A stretch of DNA of 64,000 nt from Cyanobacteria bacterium P01_A01_bin.123 (GCA_039815185.1 JBCBZT010000005.1:160001-224000); one strand, 5' to 3'. Positions 18,901 to 28,917 are shown, counted from the first letter of the stretch. Numbers and translations: made by a program. The notes: generated from the sequence alone by a model not told the origin.

Positions 18901-19056
18901 TTACAGGTATCTGGGGGGTGGATCAGGTAATCCTGTTGGTGAGCCGGGGCCCCCACTCACTCCCATCAAATCTTCTTCTGAAAGCTCTCTACAGAAACCT
19001 TTGGATGCCTCAGGTTGAATTGTCTGCAATTTGATTCCTTGAGTTTGTTTCTTCAT
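18901..19056 (-). CDS. Double-glycine leader peptide precursor (51 aa)
   Basis: ELSEEDLMGVSGG followed by core PGSPTGLPDPPPRYL. Confidence 0.6.
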   Translation of the reverse strand: MKKQTQGIKLQTIQPEASKGFCRELSEEDLMGVSGGPGSPTGLPDPPPRYL

Positions 19057-19229
19057 TAGAGTTATCCCTTGCAAGGATACGACTGGTGAACTTGCGCCCA
19101 TACCAGGCACCCTAGAGAGTGATCGGGAAGAAGTTGGGAAGTGCAGCGCCCAACAAAAAGCCCCCAGCATCGCTGCTAAGGGCATCGTCAATGGGTGCTT
19201 CCATCGTTCCCGGATGATTGAGGCGGATC

Positions 19230-19754
19230 TCACTCCTGAACCCACTCGCTCCAGGACGCGTGCGCTCTAGGCGTAGTAGCCCCTTGGTATTGCGTGTAAT
19301 ACCCTACCCAAATCCTAAAGTCTTGTCGCTGTTGAGGGGCAAGGCTGTCAAGCTGAGTGACGTTGAAAAAGCTCTCCACTACGTTGCGATCGGAATCCAG
19401 CAAATCATAGTCAATCCGCACGTATTCGGCTAAAACCTCACCTTGATTGAATGCAGTGCCTGTCAGATAGCCATCTTGAAGTTGTATGCGGCTGAGTCGC
19501 ACCCACGAGTCACTACTGCTGTTGATCGAGTCGCGGGTACTGCGTTCGAGATAGTATCCCGCAGATGACGTGGTGGGACGAGCAGTCACTGGCTCCTGAG
19601 TGGGCACTCGATCAGGCGAACCGCACATGTGGTCAAGGTTGACAGTCTGGCCGTCCATCTCCATATAGCAAAAATCATCGTGAGCCAAGGCTGATGGAGC
19701 GACGAGAGCCAATGGCAGCACGAGAGCGGCGATTCCAATTATTGAGTTTTTCAT
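19230..19754 (-). CDS. Secreted FxLYD-like domain protein
   Basis: Signal peptide, CYM..G.TVNL..MCG, LTGTAFNQG..VRIDYDLLD..LAPQQ. Confidence 0.75.
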   Translation of the reverse strand: MKNSIIGIAALVLPLALVAPSALAHDDFCYMEMDGQTVNLDHMCGSPDRVPTQEPVTARPTTSSAGYYLERSTRDSINSSSDSWVRLSRIQLQDGYLTGTAFNQGEVLAEYVRIDYDLLDSDRNVVESFFNVTQLDSLAPQQRQDFRIWVGYYTQYQGATTPRAHASWSEWVQE

Positions 19755-19861
19755 GGGATTGCAGTCCGCGAATGGTTAAGCCCAGTTTTCCTAGGCTGAT
19801 CATTCATTCGCGGGATATACGCAAAGCCATGGAAGGTTTGCCAAAGCTTTATGAATGCTTT

Positions 19862-20602
19862 TCAACCAGTCACCCGCCCGATCCCTGAAAACACCTGCTC
19901 AAAAGCTCTCACGTCTGGGCCAAGGTACAGGAAATCGTTGTAGTGCTGCGGTGACTTCTTGGGTTCGCCGCCTGGGGAAATGAATGAGATCCGCCGTCTA
20001 ACTTGACATACCGCGTCAAATTGTTCCAGTAGATCGACGTACCAAGCTGCTCCGGTGCGGTTGAGCAGGAAGATGCAAGCCGCAACGTCGCCAGCTCTAT
20101 AGAACTGCAAACCTCGCTCCAAAAAGAGACGACTGAATTTGCTATATGGAGGATTGCACCATACTCGGCCATGCCAGGGTTGCTTTAGTCCGTCATCGTC
20201 CTTGGTATAAAACTGCCCTGCCTTCACCCACCCCTGAGCCGTTGGGTTGCTCGCTGGATCAAGGTCGATAGCACCCAGCACCGAGCGGGCCATCTCTACA
20301 AATTCTGACGGGGTATACCACTCAACCGAAGTTTTTTCTTTAGCGAGATTCACAGACTTAAGGGTTTTCAGGGCACGCACGCACTGCTTTAGCTTATTGC
20401 GGCGCTCGATCATCTCCTTCCAGTGCCGATAGCGCGGGTCGTCGGGTAAACCCACGTAGAGAGTGCGGCTGCCTTCAAATAAGTCTTTCCGAAAGTTGAC
20501 CTTGAACGCATTTTTGCTAGCGCGGCAGATTGAAGCCCCGTCAGGCGCAAATCCTTCCCGCCTAATTTTGCGAATAATGGCTTCTAATTTCGTCTTACTC
20601 AT
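19862..20602 (-). CDS. Phage-type DNA N6-adenine methyltransferase
   Basis: EWYTP, IDLDPAS, WCNPPYS; probable start MSKTK at 20602. Confidence 0.9.
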   Translation of the reverse strand: MSKTKLEAIIRKIRREGFAPDGASICRASKNAFKVNFRKDLFEGSRTLYVGLPDDPRYRHWKEMIERRNKLKQCVRALKTLKSVNLAKEKTSVEWYTPSEFVEMARSVLGAIDLDPASNPTAQGWVKAGQFYTKDDDGLKQPWHGRVWCNPPYSKFSRLFLERGLQFYRAGDVAACIFLLNRTGAAWYVDLLEQFDAVCQVRRRISFISPGGEPKKSPQHYNDFLYLGPDVRAFEQVFSGIGRVTG

Positions 20603-20888
20603 ATGGTACAAAGCCGGGAGTTTGTACCATATCTGTCTCGGTAGCGAGGTATGGTACATAATCGCCGCTTTGTACCATACCTTCGCAGCCAATTTCGACC
20701 GACTCAATCGGAAAACCTTCGTTATAGTCGCCCTGCCAAATTTCAAGCAGCGCAATCTCGCCTGGTGGTGAATGCAGCCATGTATCCAGCACAGCTTTGG
20801 CTTGCGTCAGTGATTCTGCATGGAGAATATCAAAGGCTGGCGTGGCGTCAGGGTGATCGAAGGCTAAGGCACTAATGCAATAACTCAT
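20595..20888 (-). CDS. Hypothetical protein
   Basis: ORF overlapping the MTase start. Confidence 0.5.
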   Translation of the reverse strand: MSYCISALAFDHPDATPAFDILHAESLTQAKAVLDTWLHSPPGEIALLEIWQGDYNEGFPIESVEIGCEGMVQSGDYVPYLATETDMVQTPGFVPYE

Positions 20889-21057
20889 GAAGACAACCCC
20901 TTACGGTGAGTCCTGTGCCTCCATTTAGCTACATGAATTGAGAAACGCTGAAATTTTTATATTTGGGTATGTTGCCTCTACCCAGAAATCGAACCCGTAT
21001 AACCCTTACCCAATAAGCCTTTGATTGCTTTTAAGCACAAAAAATCGGACGCGCTCA

Positions 21058-21429
21058 TTACCTGTTTTGCTCCAGCAGCGCTCGAATGGCCTGCCGAAAT
21101 TCTTCATGCTCCTGGCGGTTGCGCTCATTGGCCTCGCGCATCTCAGCGCGATCGGCTCTCATTTCAGCTAGCATCGTCTCGAACCGCCGATCCGACTCTT
21201 GTTGCTGTCGTGTCACCTCAGCCCGCTCTTGAGCGGCTTCTTCGGACTGCTGAGATAGCATTGCCACCAGGTCTTCGATGGAACTACGCAATTGCAGGCG
21301 ATCCGCTTCTTGAGCCACTCGCAGCCCTTCGATCGCTAAAGCGTTGGCCTCGACTAGCTTCTCAATACGGTCTAGGCGGCTGTTGCCGTTATTGCCAGAT
21401 GAGTCGATCATCGTTTTCGCCCTCTCCAT
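21058..21429 (-). CDS. Coiled-coil protein, paralog of 18251..18787
   Basis: LVEANALAI, ESDRRF..MLAEMRADR, EHEEFRQ. Confidence 0.7.
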   Translation of the reverse strand: MERAKTMIDSSGNNGNSRLDRIEKLVEANALAIEGLRVAQEADRLQLRSSIEDLVAMLSQQSEEAAQERAEVTRQQQESDRRFETMLAEMRADRAEMREANERNRQEHEEFRQAIRALLEQNR

Positions 21430-21637
21430 ACTTGTCTAATCTACATCCAACGTTAGACAAAGGAGACATGAAGCTTATCTCACATGAGACAGGCGAGGGC
21501 TTACGCGGGTTGATCGTCGTCGGTGTGGCTACTACTGATAGCAGATGGGACTTCTCCCGCTAGGACGTGAGTACGCAGAGCGATCGCCACAGCGTTCACC
21601 CCTAGAGTTTCTGTCATAGGGGTAGCCAAGAGAGGCG

Positions 21638-21853
21638 CTAGTTGTATCCCAAGTCCTCAGAGTAGTCACAATTAACGCATCGATTGACAGAGAAATCAGG
21701 CTCCCATATCTCCACTAATTGAGCACCACAATTAGGACATCCGTAAGGGACTTTTGTTTCAGGCGACTCTATCTCTCCTGAGCCTCCACAACCCTCGCAT
21801 TTTTGAGCCCCGAAAGTAAATCCGGCTCCGTTACAAATACGACAAACAGCCAT
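21638..21853 (-). CDS. Small zinc-finger protein
   Basis: Two CxxCxGxG plus CPNC and CVNC. Confidence 0.55.
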   Translation of the reverse strand: MAVCRICNGAGFTFGAQKCEGCGGSGEIESPETKVPYGCPNCGAQLVEIWEPDFSVNRCVNCDYSEDLGYN

Positions 21854-21962
21854 TGCAGCCTCCCTTATTCGTTTCGCGGGTTAGGTATCACCCTCGTCTC
21901 CCAAAATACCCTGAACGTCCGCAATCACTTCAGCATCAGGCTTCTTGAAGTCCCGTACCAAG

Positions 21963-22652
21963 CTAGTCAACCTGCACTACAACGCGATCGCCGTGCACTG
22001 TCGCAGACCCAACATAGTCACCATTAAGGGAAACAAAGAGGTTGGCGTCCTTCCCAGCCTTCGTCCGCCAAATCCGTCCCAGGTCAGTCACCAGCTTTTC
22101 TTGTTGAGCCGAGTTCAAATTAGGCCATTGAGTCGTCAAGGGCACCACAACGCCTTCGTCGGTCATTTGGATGCTACCGATTTCGACCAGCAGATCCGAA
22201 CCCTCGGACTCATTTAATGTGGCCATAAAGCCTGACACAGGATTGGACGTGGCTGGGGCTGAAGCAACTTCGCCGCCTGCTGCTGCTAAGCGCTGATTTG
22301 CTGCGGTTAGGTTCTCTTGATATTCATTAATCTTGGCGGGGGCATCTAGGTGATTGGAGTTATCCAGTGTTTCGATCGCGATTTTCCACTTCACCACAAC
22401 CTCTTGCCATTCGTCGGCAGTTTGCGCAGTTTGAGCCAGTTCAGCCGCTTCTAGTCCTGACTCCAATGCATCCTCATAAAGAGCTTCGCTGCCAGACCTT
22501 GCTACTGGGGTACTAGCAGTTTCAGGTGGGGGTTCAGCCTGCCTAGTCTCTGGATTAAAAATGCCGCTACGCACAGAGGAGAAAACGCCTACGCCAGCAA
22601 TAACGGCTATGACGCCAACGAGCAAGGGCCAGTTCAACTTTGGCTTTGACAT
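21963..22652 (-). CDS. Membrane-anchored exported protein
   Basis: N-terminal TM; AAELAQTAQTADEW..W..AI. Confidence 0.8.
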   Translation of the reverse strand: MSKPKLNWPLLVGVIAVIAGVGVFSSVRSGIFNPETRQAEPPPETASTPVARSGSEALYEDALESGLEAAELAQTAQTADEWQEVVVKWKIAIETLDNSNHLDAPAKINEYQENLTAANQRLAAAGGEVASAPATSNPVSGFMATLNESEGSDLLVEIGSIQMTDEGVVVPLTTQWPNLNSAQQEKLVTDLGRIWRTKAGKDANLFVSLNGDYVGSATVHGDRVVVQVD

Positions 22653-22745
22653 GGCTTTAGTGAGGTGAATGATTAACCCCAGGTTTCCCCGGTTAATCGC
22701 CTATTCGCCACCTCTACGCATATTCACCAAAGCTTTGCAAAGGCT

Positions 22746-23327
22746 TCATGAGCGATCGCCAGCCTCACCGCCCTCATCTGGCGGTTGCCAAGGCTCAAGC
22801 CCTGCTTGCCGCAGTTGATCTTCTAGTCGCGCAATATGCTCCCGAGCAACATCAGGCTCTGCGTAGGCATCTGAAAGGGCCGACAGCTCTACTTCAAACT
22901 GACTCATGCGCTGGGACAGACTTTGGTTATACTCGGCTGCACTGCGAGCGACGCCAAAGGCGTCGTCGAAACGGCGCTCTAGGGACTCGATTGTCATCGC
23001 CATAACCAAGGCGATGGCGGGCCTATTGCCCTGGCTGCACTGGGACACCCAATAAGCAGCAACAACCTCCAGAGGGAGTGCATTGATACGCGTCTGCCCT
23101 CTTGATTGATCAGACGGTTCAACCTCAATACTGTCGGGCGTATAACCTTTGCCCAGTAAGCTTTTTATGCCTTTTGAGCTTAAAAAGCGTCGGGCGTTAA
23201 TTTCGGGCTTGCCCACTGCCTCAGCAGCCTGCGTCTGACTCATCCGATAACTGCCATCGGGCATCTGAAAGCCTTCAATCTCAAGGCTCCCAATCGGCAC
23301 TGTCTCTCGCTTTGCTTTATCGGTCAT
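22746..23327 (-). CDS. Putative DNA-binding/antirepressor-like protein
   Basis: IEGFQMPDGSYRMSQTQAAEAVG; ESLERRFDDAFG. Confidence 0.65.
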   Translation of the reverse strand: MTDKAKRETVPIGSLEIEGFQMPDGSYRMSQTQAAEAVGKPEINARRFLSSKGIKSLLGKGYTPDSIEVEPSDQSRGQTRINALPLEVVAAYWVSQCSQGNRPAIALVMAMTIESLERRFDDAFGVARSAAEYNQSLSQRMSQFEVELSALSDAYAEPDVAREHIARLEDQLRQAGLEPWQPPDEGGEAGDRS

Positions 23328-23350
23328 ATATTAGCGGGGGTTTCTTTTGG

Positions 23351-23941
23351 CTAGGCGAGTTGGGCGTCGTCGGTGCCCTCATCAACAGGATCTTCGATCG
23401 CAAAAAGCTCAGAGATATCGCACTCTAACACCCCACAAAGCCTTGCAATCTTGACCCACGTCTCAATGCCGCCGCGATCGCGCTCCCAATTCCGGATGGT
23501 CGAAGGGTCAACCCCAACCAGATCCGCAAGCTGCCGTTGCGTAAGGTTTTTGGCTGTTCTCAGCTCAGCAACTTTAGACACGTGTTCACCAGAACCACCA
23601 AGAACGTCAAGCCCAGACGCAGCATTTTCAGGCTTACCCAGAATGTTCAGCGGGGGATCGAACCATTCGATTAAGGCTGTCTCTACCGAAGTCAGTAGAT
23701 CTGCATCAACAAATAGATAGGCGATCCTGACACCTGGCATATCGGAAAGCTGTTCATAGCAATGATGCTGAGACCACCTTTGCCTAGGGTCAACGCTTCG
23801 CCCTATGTACTGAACAGTTTCCTCAGGGTCGATCGCAAAGTAGATCGCAGGTTGCCTGGGAAATGCGGATCGGGCTTCGAGGGGTAGCCAGGGGAGGCTT
23901 GCGAGGTTGATGGCAGAGGGGTTAATCATCAGCCTCGCCAT
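23351..23941 (-). CDS. GIY-YIG nuclease-XRE HTH fusion
   Basis: AIYFAID..VQYIGRS..RW..H; C-terminal LTQRQLADLVGVDPSTIRNWE. Confidence 0.85.
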   Translation of the reverse strand: MARLMINPSAINLASLPWLPLEARSAFPRQPAIYFAIDPEETVQYIGRSVDPRQRWSQHHCYEQLSDMPGVRIAYLFVDADLLTSVETALIEWFDPPLNILGKPENAASGLDVLGGSGEHVSKVAELRTAKNLTQRQLADLVGVDPSTIRNWERDRGGIETWVKIARLCGVLECDISELFAIEDPVDEGTDDAQLA

Positions 23942-24197
23942 CCTTGAACTTCACGCCAAAGTCAATCCCCAAAACCTGCTCAATCTTGCGCAAATTTTCC
24001 AACGATAAAGCGCCCTTCAAGGTTTCATTCTCCAAGTCGTACCAGTAGGTACGACTAACTCCCACCTCGCCACACAGCCACTCAAGCGACTTGCCAGATG
24101 TTTTGCGAGCCTTCGATATGCGCTCGCCGAGTCCTTCAACCTCAACCTCTCTAATCTGCCGAACTCTCACTAGTTCTTTGGTCGCTAGCATTTCCAC
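23922..24197 (-). CDS. XRE family HTH regulator
   Basis: LGERISKARK..VGVSRTYWYDLE. Confidence 0.85.
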   Translation of the reverse strand: MEMLATKELVRVRQIREVEVEGLGERISKARKTSGKSLEWLCGEVGVSRTYWYDLENETLKGALSLENLRKIEQVLGIDFGVKFKDGEADD

Positions 24198-24240
24198 CTC
24201 CAGTAAACAGTTAGCTGATAGTTACTACAATAAGCCGTTA

Positions 24241-24277
24241 ACTAGTAGTTGACAACTGTTAACTACTAGTGTACTTT
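24241..24277 (+). promoter_or_regulatory. Sigma70-type promoter overlapped by an inverted-repeat operator
   Basis: TTGACA-17-TACTTT within ACTAGTAGTT..AACTACTAGT. Confidence 0.6.
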
Positions 24278-24580
24278 AGAAATATAGCAAACAACCCCAA
24301 CAACCAAACGGGAAGCGCCGCGCCCTAAAGACGGCCTCCGGTATACCTCAGCCAGGGAATGGGGCCGCTTTTGTTTCAAATCAGGGAGGGTACCAACTTC
24401 CTGATTTACTTTTCAGTTCGAGGTAGCTATACTGCCAATTCAAAGGAAACGACATGCCTGAAGACAAGGACAAAGATAAAAAACGCTCTAACGTGCCTGA
24501 GCCGGGGAAAGAGCCAAAGCCAACGCACGTCAATGATTGGACGCCCGAAGAATACCTAGAGGACTTGGAGGAAGATCAGG

Positions 24581-24910
24581 ATGACCGCCGCAACAACAAT
24601 CGATAGGCCGATAGACCTGATCGAGCAAGCGCGATCGCTTTCCATAGATGACGTTTGGGCGGCACTGCCTGAAAGGGTTAGAGCCAACGACGCCATCATG
24701 AATCGCATCCAGTCCGCTGACCCAAAGCTGGCAGCGGTCAGTTTTAGCGATTATCTCTGGGAGGATGATCCCAACGATACAGGCCGCAGACGCCGCAGCT
24801 TGCCGCCCGAGAAGCTCATTCCCTTAGCGCTTTGCCTTTACCTACATCAGGGCGGCAAAGACCCAGAGGATGAGTTGAGATTTTGGAAAAAGCTGGAGCA
24901 AATCGCCTAA
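24581..24910 (+). CDS. Hypothetical protein
   Basis: ORF with RBS; hairpin follows at about 24935-24965. Confidence 0.6.
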   Translation: MTAATTIDRPIDLIEQARSLSIDDVWAALPERVRANDAIMNRIQSADPKLAAVSFSDYLWEDDPNDTGRRRRSLPPEKLIPLALCLYLHQGGKDPEDELRFWKKLEQIA

Positions 24911-25225
24911 CCAGCTCACAACCAAATAGCACTGAAGCCCCTGATCGCTTACGGTTGGGGGCTTCGTCGTCTGGCACAGCGTAAATGTAACAGCCTGTAA
25001 AGGTGCAAAGTCCAACAATCCTACTTTAGTAGGAATGACCCTACTAAAGTAGGATCGCTTTTCAGTTATAGGACAGCATATTGTGATCGGGTTAGGTCTC
25101 CCCACACCATTTCATCTTCATTTGCATGACCTAAAAATGATGAGTTACGCCAGCATGCACGTGCCCCATACTCTGCATTGCGGGTGATCTCTAGTCGTAA
25201 AAAACAAATTGCGAGGCAAAATCCC

Positions 25226-27856
25226 ATGGTCTACCAACGGAAGAAGCGCATCCACGAGCAGCAGGAGCAGCTGCCGGTAAACACGCCGCAAAACAATCTC
25301 TTCGCCTCGCCAGATCTGGAGACTGATGAGACCGACAATTCTTTTTCAGTGGATAGTTCTCAGCCCGCTCCCACTCTTGAAATGCGCTGGCAGCAAGCCG
25401 ACAAGCCATTCTACACGTTTGACAATCTTGTTGGCAGTAGGCCGGTCTATCCACCCAGTAGCGCTGTCCAGCGACGACCCATGTCGCCGTTGATGCAGGC
25501 CAAGATGTCCGTGGGGCCAGTGGGGGATAAATATGAGCAAGAGGCAGATCATGTGGCAAACAAGGTGGTAGAAATCATCAATCGTCCTGAAGACAATGCC
25601 CCCGTGCAAAGGGCTGTAGGTGAAGGCGAAGAAAATATGATGCAAATGCCGTCCCACATGAACATCCAGCGGAAGGAGATGGGCGAAGAAGAGGATTTGC
25701 AAATGAAGCCTCAAAATACTACCCAAAAGATTTCGATTGGAGTGGTGTCGCAACTCCAGAAGATGCCGCAAGTAAGTTGGGAAGGAAAAGAAGCGGGCAC
25801 AGTCGACGAAGGTCTGGAGGATACAATACACAGAGCCAAAAGCGGAGGCCAAGCACTCACCCCAGACCTTCAACAAAGTATGGGACAAGCCATGGGGGCT
25901 GATTTTAGTGATGTAAAGATTCATACCGATGCAGAATCAAATGAGCTAAACAAAACCATTCAGGCAAAGGCTTTTACAACAGGACAAGATCTGTTTTTTA
26001 AGCAAGGAGCTTACAACCCTCATACAAAAACTGGTCAAACATTGATTGCCCATGAACTCACCCACGTAGTACAGCAGACTGGAGGTTCAAAGGTAGGAAA
26101 AGCTGAAGAAGGAATTCAGCGAGGCAAGGATATGCCAAATGTAAAACTTGGAAATAATTTTTTCGAGCCGCCGCAAGTTTTCTCATGGTTGATGCATAAG
26201 AATAGGCCACGGCCTTTAACGTCAACCCAGGCTCGTCTGTTTATGAATTGGTTCTCAAAACAGGATCACTCACAAACCTATAACATAGGTGACGTATATC
26301 AAATGGCCCTCAATAAGGGATTTGCACCTTATAGTGGCAAGACTGTTGGGAAAAATACGGGTAAAAAGGATATCAACAAGTTAAAAGAAAATAGCCAATT
26401 GGGAGATACGAAGACACATAAAGGATCCAAGAAAAGCACTCTAAAACAAAAAGGGAACGCGGATCCAATACCAAAAGAATGGCAACCGAATGATGACGAA
26501 AAGTTGGGCAACGGGGCAATCTACGTAAAGGGAGTTCATGAGATTCAGGAAGTTAAGGCAAAATTGGCTAACTTCGGCATAACTCTTAAAGAAGTCCCAG
26601 CCCTTGACGAGATTTTACAGGGCATGACCAGGATGAAATTTCAGAGTTGGGGGGAAGTAGTTGAGGAGGTAAAACGGCGGGGAATCCAGCGCATTATGCG
26701 TGCATTCTATAATCTGGCACAAAAAAAAGCCCCTCCCTTTAAGTGGCAAGGTTTTGGTCTTGGTAAAAAGCCAATCAGGGAGTGGGTGAACAACAATCAA
26801 AAATCGGAACTAGAGGCGCTGAATTGCTGGCAGACAGTATGCTATGCAGTAGTAAAAGCGGGCATGAGACCGCTGAAATACCTAAAAATAGGAAATGATC
26901 AGCGCAAACACTTGCCCTTCGAAGAATCTGAAGATACTAAGAAGGGGCAGGCACCAAGCGATGAGTATGTCGAATATATAAGGGATCTTGAAAGGCAACG
27001 CGCACCGATGATAGTCAGGGCGGTATTAAAAAACGACAAGACCAGAGGAATAGTGTGGCCACGATCAACATGGAATAAAGCACCAGAGCATCTTGTGCCA
27101 GTCTTCAAAAATTTAGCAAACTTCGACATACCAGCAGGATACGTAGTGCTATTCGGAGAGGGTGGCAAGCATGTAGCAATGAGTACGGGCCGCCGCCGCC
27201 CTATAACTAAGATCAAGGAATGGAAGAAACGTGGAATGCGATCTAAATATGGGCATGAGATATGGGAATGTGACGAACCTGTACCAAAGAACTTTGGCGA
27301 CAAGGTAGACAATACAAAAAGTGATGTCCGGCTAACAACTATTGAGGATCAGTTAGTGGCTACCTATGGAGCACTAGTGGATTCTGTAAAATGGGGACCC
27401 TTACCCAGCTTTGAAAAATTGCAAGCCGAGAAAAAGAAGGCAAATAACGAGGATAGTACGCAGAAATTGAAGGGTAACGTGGACGGATGGGACGAGAATC
27501 CCCAGTGGAAGAAAAAGCTGCTTTCACAAAAAAAGTTGTGGGCAGATTCAGCGCAAGATGCATTCAAGTTCTGGGGCAACCCAGAAAAACAGCCTAAAAA
27601 ATCAAGGAAAAAGCCGAAGAAAAAGCAGTGGAATAGGAAGAGTGCGATGTCAATCAGTACCGATACAGATTGGCTGACCGGCAAGAAAAATAAAGTGTCC
27701 GATAATCCCCAGCACAACGATAAGTGGCCAGATGATTTTATAGATGTTAAAGAGGAATTTATAGGTGTTAAAGAGGAATTAAATAATGATGATCAGCATG
27801 ATGATTGGGGAGATGATTCTGTAGCTATTAAGGGGGATACAGAATGGAAGGAATAA
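25226..27856 (+). CDS. DUF4157 (eCIS-associated) protein with putative papain-like C-terminal toxin domain
   Basis: QAKMSVG..YEQEAD; GADFSDVKIHTD..AFTTG..LIAHELTHVVQQ; LNCW..HVAMS..WECD; likely start 25226 (track gives 25178). Confidence 0.85.
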   Translation: MVYQRKKRIHEQQEQLPVNTPQNNLFASPDLETDETDNSFSVDSSQPAPTLEMRWQQADKPFYTFDNLVGSRPVYPPSSAVQRRPMSPLMQAKMSVGPVGDKYEQEADHVANKVVEIINRPEDNAPVQRAVGEGEENMMQMPSHMNIQRKEMGEEEDLQMKPQNTTQKISIGVVSQLQKMPQVSWEGKEAGTVDEGLEDTIHRAKSGGQALTPDLQQSMGQAMGADFSDVKIHTDAESNELNKTIQAKAFTTGQDLFFKQGAYNPHTKTGQTLIAHELTHVVQQTGGSKVGKAEEGIQRGKDMPNVKLGNNFFEPPQVFSWLMHKNRPRPLTSTQARLFMNWFSKQDHSQTYNIGDVYQMALNKGFAPYSGKTVGKNTGKKDINKLKENSQLGDTKTHKGSKKSTLKQKGNADPIPKEWQPNDDEKLGNGAIYVKGVHEIQEVKAKLANFGITLKEVPALDEILQGMTRMKFQSWGEVVEEVKRRGIQRIMRAFYNLAQKKAPPFKWQGFGLGKKPIREWVNNNQKSELEALNCWQTVCYAVVKAGMRPLKYLKIGNDQRKHLPFEESEDTKKGQAPSDEYVEYIRDLERQRAPMIVRAVLKNDKTRGIVWPRSTWNKAPEHLVPVFKNLANFDIPAGYVVLFGEGGKHVAMSTGRRRPITKIKEWKKRGMRSKYGHEIWECDEPVPKNFGDKVDNTKSDVRLTTIEDQLVATYGALVDSVKWGPLPSFEKLQAEKKKANNEDSTQKLKGNVDGWDENPQWKKKLLSQKKLWADSAQDAFKFWGNPEKQPKKSRKKPKKKQWNRKSAMSISTDTDWLTGKKNKVSDNPQHNDKWPDDFIDVKEEFIGVKEELNNDDQHDDWGDDSVAIKGDTEWKE

Positions 27857-28334
27857 TTTTAGAGATTTTAAGTACGATCGCGACCGATCTTGTAAGGTGC
27901 GTTGCATAGTAAACACACAGAGCTATGGGTACGCTAATTAACCTGAGTTTGGGATAAGTAAAGAAAGGGAGCATCCCGAATGTGAAAAAACATCAGATTT
28001 CCAGGGAGCCATTGAGATAAGTACAGCAAAAGGAAAGCATGGCATTGACATTTTTCCACTGAGACCCCGAGATTTTCAACCGACGGTTAATCTGTTTGAC
28101 AGCAGATACTACTGCCCCAGATCAAATGGTGGCCAACTACTCAATCCATCGCCATAGGTTGAGTTTCGCGCTTTATTGGTTCTGATAAGAAACTGGCATT
28201 TATACCAAAAAGCGAAACCCAACATCACTCAAAATTAGCCATTCAAAAGTTATCCAGGCCCCCCTAGCCCCTCAATCCTGGGTAGGGCTAATTCATTGTC
28301 ATTGGAGAAAGGAGCTTATATAAAGTCCGGAAGC

Positions 28335-28667
28335 TTACCTGTCATCAGATGTGGAGACGGAAGGCCACCAGTGAAACTGAGTCAGGCCCCGAATTAGGTC
28401 AGGGAGCTTCAGCAGTTGCAGGTAGCAATGACTAGGGCAGTTCAGATAAGCGATTCGACAACTACCTAATCCTGATAGTTGCTCATATCTATGGTGATAC
28501 TCTCGATTCCATCGGCGCTTGGGATTCACCGACTGCCCGATGTACTGCACTGTACCTTGACTGTCGATTGCGAAGTAGATGCAGGGTTCCTCGGGAAGGT
28601 CTTGTCGATCCTTCAGCGCTACCGAAGGGAGAGTGCTGGGGTTGATTTTGGAGGGGTCAAGCGTCAT
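28335..28667 (-). pseudogene. Truncated GIY-YIG nuclease
   Basis: CIYFAID..VQYIGQS..RRW; similarity to the 23351 paralog ends after RIAYL. Confidence 0.65.
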
Positions 28668-28893
28668 CTTTAGCCCTTCCTTCTATATCGACGAATTTCA
28701 CCAAATCATTAGGCGAACACTTCAAAGCCTCGCAGAGCTTGGCGACTCTTACAAACCACTCCACTCCACTTCTGTTGTTCTCCCAATTCCGGACAGTTGT
28801 TTCAGTGACACCCACCAAATCAGCCAATTCGCGCTGAGTGAGATCGCACTGCTTTCGCAGCTCCGCTACATGTGACATTGGTACGCCTTCCAT
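28657..28893 (-). CDS. XRE family HTH regulator
   Basis: LTQRELADLVGVTETTVRNWE. Confidence 0.9.
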   Translation of the reverse strand: MEGVPMSHVAELRKQCDLTQRELADLVGVTETTVRNWENNRSGVEWFVRVAKLCEALKCSPNDLVKFVDIEGRAKDDA

Positions 28894-28917
28894 AAGACTG
28901 CTTATAGCAGTATGTTA

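Noticed and set aside
18901..19245. 114-aa ORF
   Set aside because: The N-terminal part crosses a hairpin/repeat region; only the last 51 codons look coding
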